A DNA stretch of 64,000 nt, taken from assembly GCF_009914755.1 (NCBI RefSeq), contig NC_060930.1; one strand, written 5' to 3'. Under the pieces are notes generated by a model that saw only the letters and a program-made list of their open reading frames with translations, did no database searches and was not told the DNA's origin. The position numbers were made by a program, and so were the translations under genes. The DNA comes from the human T2T-CHM13v2.0 reference genome, Homo sapiens. Below are positions 58,835-64,000 of this stretch, one piece after another (position 1 is the first letter of the stretch; each line of letters opens with the position of its first letter).

Positions 58835-58943
58835 CTGTGAGATAAGCTGTGCTGCAGTGAGCAGACAGCCTTTGAATAGTTGTTCGTCACATGCACCAGG
58901 CAGTGAGCATCTCTTTTTAATTTTGCGTTTGTTTTCCAAACAG

Positions 58944-59142
58944 GATCTTATAGAAAATGTAGTGACTGTGGCTGAAAACACTGCCGATGAGCTGGCCCGC
59001 AGTGATGGAAGGGAAGTGCAGTTGGAGGAGGATCCTGATCTGCAGCTGCCGTTTCTTTTGCCAGAAGATGGTTATTCTTGTGATGTTGTCAGAAACATTC
59101 CAAATGGTTTACAAGAATTTTTAGACCCTCTGTGCCAGAGAG
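58944..59142 (+). CDS. AFDN: AFDN exon 21 (199 nt): DLIENVVTVAENTADELARSDG...LDPLCQR
   Basis: ccaaacag acceptor; GAG|gtaaat donor; inside ORF 58821..59156. Confidence 0.97.
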
Positions 59143-59512
59143 GTAAATTAGTCTAAATGCCTGAGTCTGAGCTACGCCCCAGGTTGAAGCGAGCATTTTA
59201 TTCATTGTCCATCTCATAGGGTAGTCCACTTGTGTGGGAGTGCACCCTCGTGCTGTCTGGAGAAGTCCGTGTTCCACTGACTTGGAGAAATATTTCATGG
59301 TGATGTAAGGTCAGAAGTGTCGAGACACAGAGCCCTTGGGCATGTTTTGTGACCCTGTAGTGAGCATCTGCTCTGCGCACTTGATGTCATGGTTACATTT
59401 TCTGCCTGGGCTGATAACAAGGAACCGTTTATTGTTCTCCCTTCTTGGTATTTTATGAGCGTAGTAGGTTGATTCATTCCTTTAGCACTAAATTGTAAAC
59501 TTTGTTGATACC

Positions 59513-59725
59513 AGCATAGCAGTTAAGAGCAACACAAGCTTTGGAAGCAGACTGCCTGCATTCTAAACCCACCTCTGTCACCTACAGGCTGTGCTGCCAT
59601 TGGCAGGTGACTTTGGCACCTCAGTTTCTTTTCAGTGAAATGGGCATGTTGATAGTACCCAGCTAAGAGATTCTTGGGAGGACTGAATGGTTTCCTGTGG
59701 AGCATGCAGAACTCTAGCACAGAGC
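59513..59725 (+). mobile_element. MIR
   Basis: gcagttaagagc...gctttggaagcagactgcctg...cctcagtttcttttcagtgaaatggg core. Confidence 0.75.
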
Positions 59726-62700
59726 GAGTGGGTGTGAGTGCTGCTGCTGCTGTGGCCAGCACTGCCAAGCTGGCTTGCGCCTGTGTGCTGGCAAGACCCA
59801 AACTCCAGCATGTTGTGTGCTTTTCTGTGTGAAGGGCTTATAGCCCTGAAAGGTTCGAATACAACTGATTTCCTGGATTTTATTATGTCACTTTTACTAC
59901 ATTTTCTTGTGATCTGTACTGATCAAAAACACCACAGTTATTTCTGATGTATGAGGTTTTGTATTAGACCAAATTTTAATCCCAGTCTGCCACTTTTTCA
60001 TAAAGTAGAAAACAGCTCAGATGAGTAGAAAGTTAGACTCAAAGTGTAGGGGTTTGTTTAAACACATAAAAGTAATAACGATAGAGGTTTTATGCCCGTA
60101 GGTATATAAATCTGGTGAGTGTGATTTTTAATTTCAGTGAATGTTTCACTCCCCACAATAAATACGTTTTTATACCTTTCAAGATATCTTCAAAGTTTCT
60201 GATAGTTAAAAAAATCATTTTACAAAGGCTGCTTCTTTAATGAAATGTGTTTGCAAAACAGTTACCTCTGAGCCTTTCCAAAAGGTGCTCAAGGCTCAGT
60301 GCCATCCTCAGAGACGCAGAGAGAGGCCAAGGTGAGATGAGGCTGGGGTGAGGTCTTTTAGGAAAGTGTGTGTGAAGGAAGAGGGGTAGGAGCAGGAGTA
60401 GGCAGGGAGAGCCTTCAGTCTTGGTAGAGGTGCACCTGTGACGAGGTTGGGGAAGGAGGAGGGCTGGGTTTCAGTGCAGGTCTGAGAAATGGAGTGGGCC
60501 TGAACTAGCCCCAGAGCATTAGTTCCGTGCTCTGCCATTCCCTGGAAAAAGCCTCATGCCACACACTGGTGGACCCAGAGGCAGCAGCACAGCTTCCAAG
60601 CGGCAGGCACTCGGCCACCACGGGACTGCTGAGAAGTATCCTTCCCAGTGTGCTGCATCTCAGCAAGTCAGAAAGCACAGCCAGCTTTCCTTCCCACAGG
60701 CTTCTTCCCCACACACGGGTTACTTAGAGCGTTAGTCCTCGGACAGTCTCCTCACTCCACTTTTTCATTGTATTCTATTGTTCATATTGCCATGGTATCT
60801 TAAAACCATGGTTTGCGGATGGCGCTCTCCTGCCAGGAACTCTTCCTCTGTCATGTGTGGGATTAATTTAAACTGTTGAGCATGACATCATCTTCCAGCC
60901 TTACTTCTCCACCTTGAAATACGCACACTATAGATGTCATTCATATTGAACTGTATATTATTAATATCTGTGCTGTTACCGTTGTCGGTACTCTACTCCT
61001 GCTCCTGCTGTTGAACTTACACACTTACTTATTTTCTTAATTCTAATCAGGCGTCCTTTTATCTGGAAAACCTCAGTGTCTTCCTACTTAACATGTCTTC
61101 CCCACACTTAACATGTCTTCCCCAGGAGTGATTCTTAGTTACTTGCTTCTATTTTTGCACTGGTCACATTGTGTTTCAAACGCGTGCTGCTGTCTGTCCT
61201 CCACGCTTAGTGAGGGTGGTCCCTGAGATCCTGGGCTTGACCAGCTGCACTTTCTCTGATCCTCAGCACCTCACATGGGCCTGCTGTATGTTCAGTGCTC
61301 AGTAACTGTTGTTTTTATAATTAATACCTTGCAAATAAGCATGTAAGGTGACTACTAGCATTTTGCAAATGCGTATAGTTTATAGGTTAGAAGCAACTGC
61401 CAGTTTTGTCACATGTGCCATAGGGCGGATCCTCACCAAGTTGGAAATAGTGAGCTCTTGACTTGATGATGGAGTATTCTTTGTGACTTCCCCATAAGCT
61501 CTCTTAAATGATTAATGTTAGGACATACGTGATATTTCCGTGGCCGAGGCATCACCACATTACTTCATGTGTGTTAGATGATCATTGTACACGTAGCTTA
61601 GTACACAGATGCCTTTAGAAGACTTACAAAGAATCGAGTGTTTTCTTTCATGACATCAGTGTTTTTAATGCTTCACACTCAATTCTTTACAAGCTGATTA
61701 AAGAATTACTTTGTGCCGTCAATATATATTCCTTTGTTTCCTTCATACAATACAGTTCTGTGAGAAAAGACTGTACGACCAGCCTGGACTCATTCCTTGT
61801 CTGAGATGCATTCCGTAAGCTAATAAAGCCAAACCTCTATTTGTAATATGGTCCAGAGCTTGTTATGGAAATGCGGCCCTTGAAAAAAATAAAATAATTT
61901 ATAATTGTTCAGATTTCAAAATCATGATAAATTAGTGATTCCCTGAAACATGAGAAAGAGAAGCAAGTTGTAGGTTATATTTTCATGAATCTGAATTGAA
62001 ATAGTGATTTAAAAAATAAAAAAAAAAACTAAGTAAAATTACTTTGTATACTTATTTTAACTGAATATGTTTTTGACGTCTCCTTTTTTGCCTACCATAA
62101 ATAACCTAATTGTCCACAAATAACGGTCAGAATTTTCTCCTTGTTGAACCACTGGAATGGGTGAGACTGTCAGCTACTGCCAGGGAAAACTCCTCACCAG
62201 TCCAAGCCATTAGACCACTTGAGACTGTGGTGAAAAGCTGCGCAGAGTCTGTCACACAGGACGCTCTTGATGAATGTTAGGTGCTGATAGTGGGAAGAAG
62301 ATGGCAGTAGAGAAAATGTACCGAGGATTGTTCAGGGCCCGTGTGATAGATAGGAGTTGGTCAAAAACATTGCTGAGAAACAAAATAGGATTTGACTAAA
62401 TGAGGAATGACCTAGTTTGAATTGAAAGGCTTACTTTTACAAAGCATGTCATTTGTCCCTGATGAAAATATCAGAGATATTCTTGAAAACATTATAAAAT
62501 GATTCTGAACTTTATTTGTAAGAAATTTAAATTAGTATGACCTTAAAAGTAAATTTGGACAGAGTAATGAGGAGGACTCCTAGAATTGTTATACAAGTTA
62601 CCCAGTAATTTGAATGTAAGTAGTTGAACCGAGAGTCTGACGTGCTGGCAGACACCCCATGCTCATATTGTTTTCTGGCTCCTTCCCTCTTTTCTTTCCC

Positions 62701-63064
62701 TTTGCTAAGTAGGTATTCTGAATGTTATTAAGGATCTCTTAGTGTAGTGGAGTAAACAGTTCTGCAAGGAAGTAATGACAAGGCTATTTGGTAATTTCTT
62801 ATAGGAGTAAGAAAAAAGTTCTTTTGGAACACAGAGGAGTGGGAGGCCAATTTTACTTTACTGCTTGGTGCTGAAATGCTCTTGGACCAAAACAAATGGA
62901 TAATTTTAAATGTCTGGTAATTCAGTTTGCAGAGGGGATTAAAGGTGTAGAGTAAGAAGAATCAATACCGTGTGTTGGATATTAAGCAATTGGTAATTAA
63001 TCTTGCTTCCTTTATCTTGACAAGATGTGCTTTTTCACTTACAATTTGCTTGTTTCCTCCTTAG

Positions 63065-63168
63065 GATTTTGCAGGTTAATTCCTCACACACGTTCACCAG
63101 GTACTTGGACAATATATTTTGAAGGTGCAGATTATGAAAGTCACCTTCTGCGTGAGAACACAGAGCTG
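63065..63168 (+). CDS. AFDN: AFDN exon 22 (104 nt): GFCRLIPHTRSPGTWTIYFEGADYESHLLRENTEL
   Basis: ctccttag acceptor; ends at a non-canonical CTG|gcaagt donor (inferred). Confidence 0.92.
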
Positions 63169-63829
63169 GCAAGTATTTTGAGGGTACCATGAGGTGAAAT
63201 GGATCCTTAGGACTTGAAGATGTGATGCAGATTTGTTTCTTTCTTACACTGAAGATTGGTGTGATGGCAGAGTTTTAAAATCACTGTTAAATACTGATAT
63301 TCAGAAATTTTCAAGCCATAATTCATATATATGTATTTTTTCCTCCCAAGCCATGTCTATTACAGTTTTGTCTGTAAGCAGTGGTGCTTTTTAAAATAAA
63401 GAACACTTATACCCATGGTTGTACCAGTCTTAATACATATTTTAAAACATATTAATATGATAACCTTAAAATATTTTCTTAAAATTCTTTGGCAGAAATA
63501 TTTCATTCTTTTATAGTCAGTTCTGCCTTGTCTTAAATATATATCAAGCCATTTAGTAATATTTTATATCTTTTTGAAAGAGTGGTAAATCCCAAAATTT
63601 CCCAGTTTCATACATGTTAAGAACAATTCTACTTTGCCTCATATAGACAGTTTTAAACACAAACAGGAATTTTTGTATATTCAAAGTAATTAATTTGGCT
63701 TCCTGGCATACCTTAGGTTTGAGCATCATATCATGGCCATCTCCAGAAATTGAATTAATTGATGATCGTTCTTTTGTACCAAATAGATGATCACATTGAA
63801 CTACTGACAAAGTGAACATACCCTAATAC

Positions 63830-64000
63830 TTTTTTTTTTTTTTTTTTTTTTTGAGACAGAGTCTCGCTCAGTCGCCCAGGCTGAAATGCAGTGGCGCGAT
63901 TTGGCTCATTGCAACCTCTGCCTCCTGGGTTCAAGCGATTCTCCTGCCTCAGCCTCCCAGTAGCTGGGATTACAGGTGCCCGCCACCACACTTGGCTAAT
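63830..64000 (-). mobile_element. Alu, truncated by window end
   Basis: Poly-T plus antisense Alu right arm. Confidence 0.95.

Noticed and set aside
60305-60560. Possible ERVL LTR fragment (purine-rich)
   Set aside because: Resemblance too vague to assign a family or boundaries without a Dfam search.

Overview
Primate (almost certainly human) genomic DNA, AT-rich, lying entirely inside AFDN (afadin; AF-6/MLLT4) on the + strand. I traced 21 consecutive coding exons by hand, from the exon beginning DLEFHGVMRFYFQ (exon 2) to the exon ending ...RENTEL. They join into one uninterrupted frame of 2907 nt (969 codons) with consistent splice phases, encoding RA1, RA2, FHA and Dilute domains; exon 1 and the PDZ/C-terminal exons lie outside the window. 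Exon numbers assume the 45-nt and 21-nt cassettes are counted. The introns carry about 16 Alu copies or fragments, a near-full-length Tigger1 fossil, Tigger4/MER44A/MADE1 MITEs, MLT1 LTRs, L1/L2/MIR fragments and microsatellites; repeat names come from recalled consensus and their boundaries are approximate. Nearly all ORFs in the supplied track are intronic noise. I see no new gene or new biological system. The most interesting signal is in the splicing layer: two frame-preserving cassettes with regulatory flanks, tandem NAGNAG acceptors on two consecutive exons, a GC donor, and several candidate cryptic exons (a 9-nt microexon, a TG-repeat-adjacent exon, poison exons). All of these need RNA-seq to confirm.
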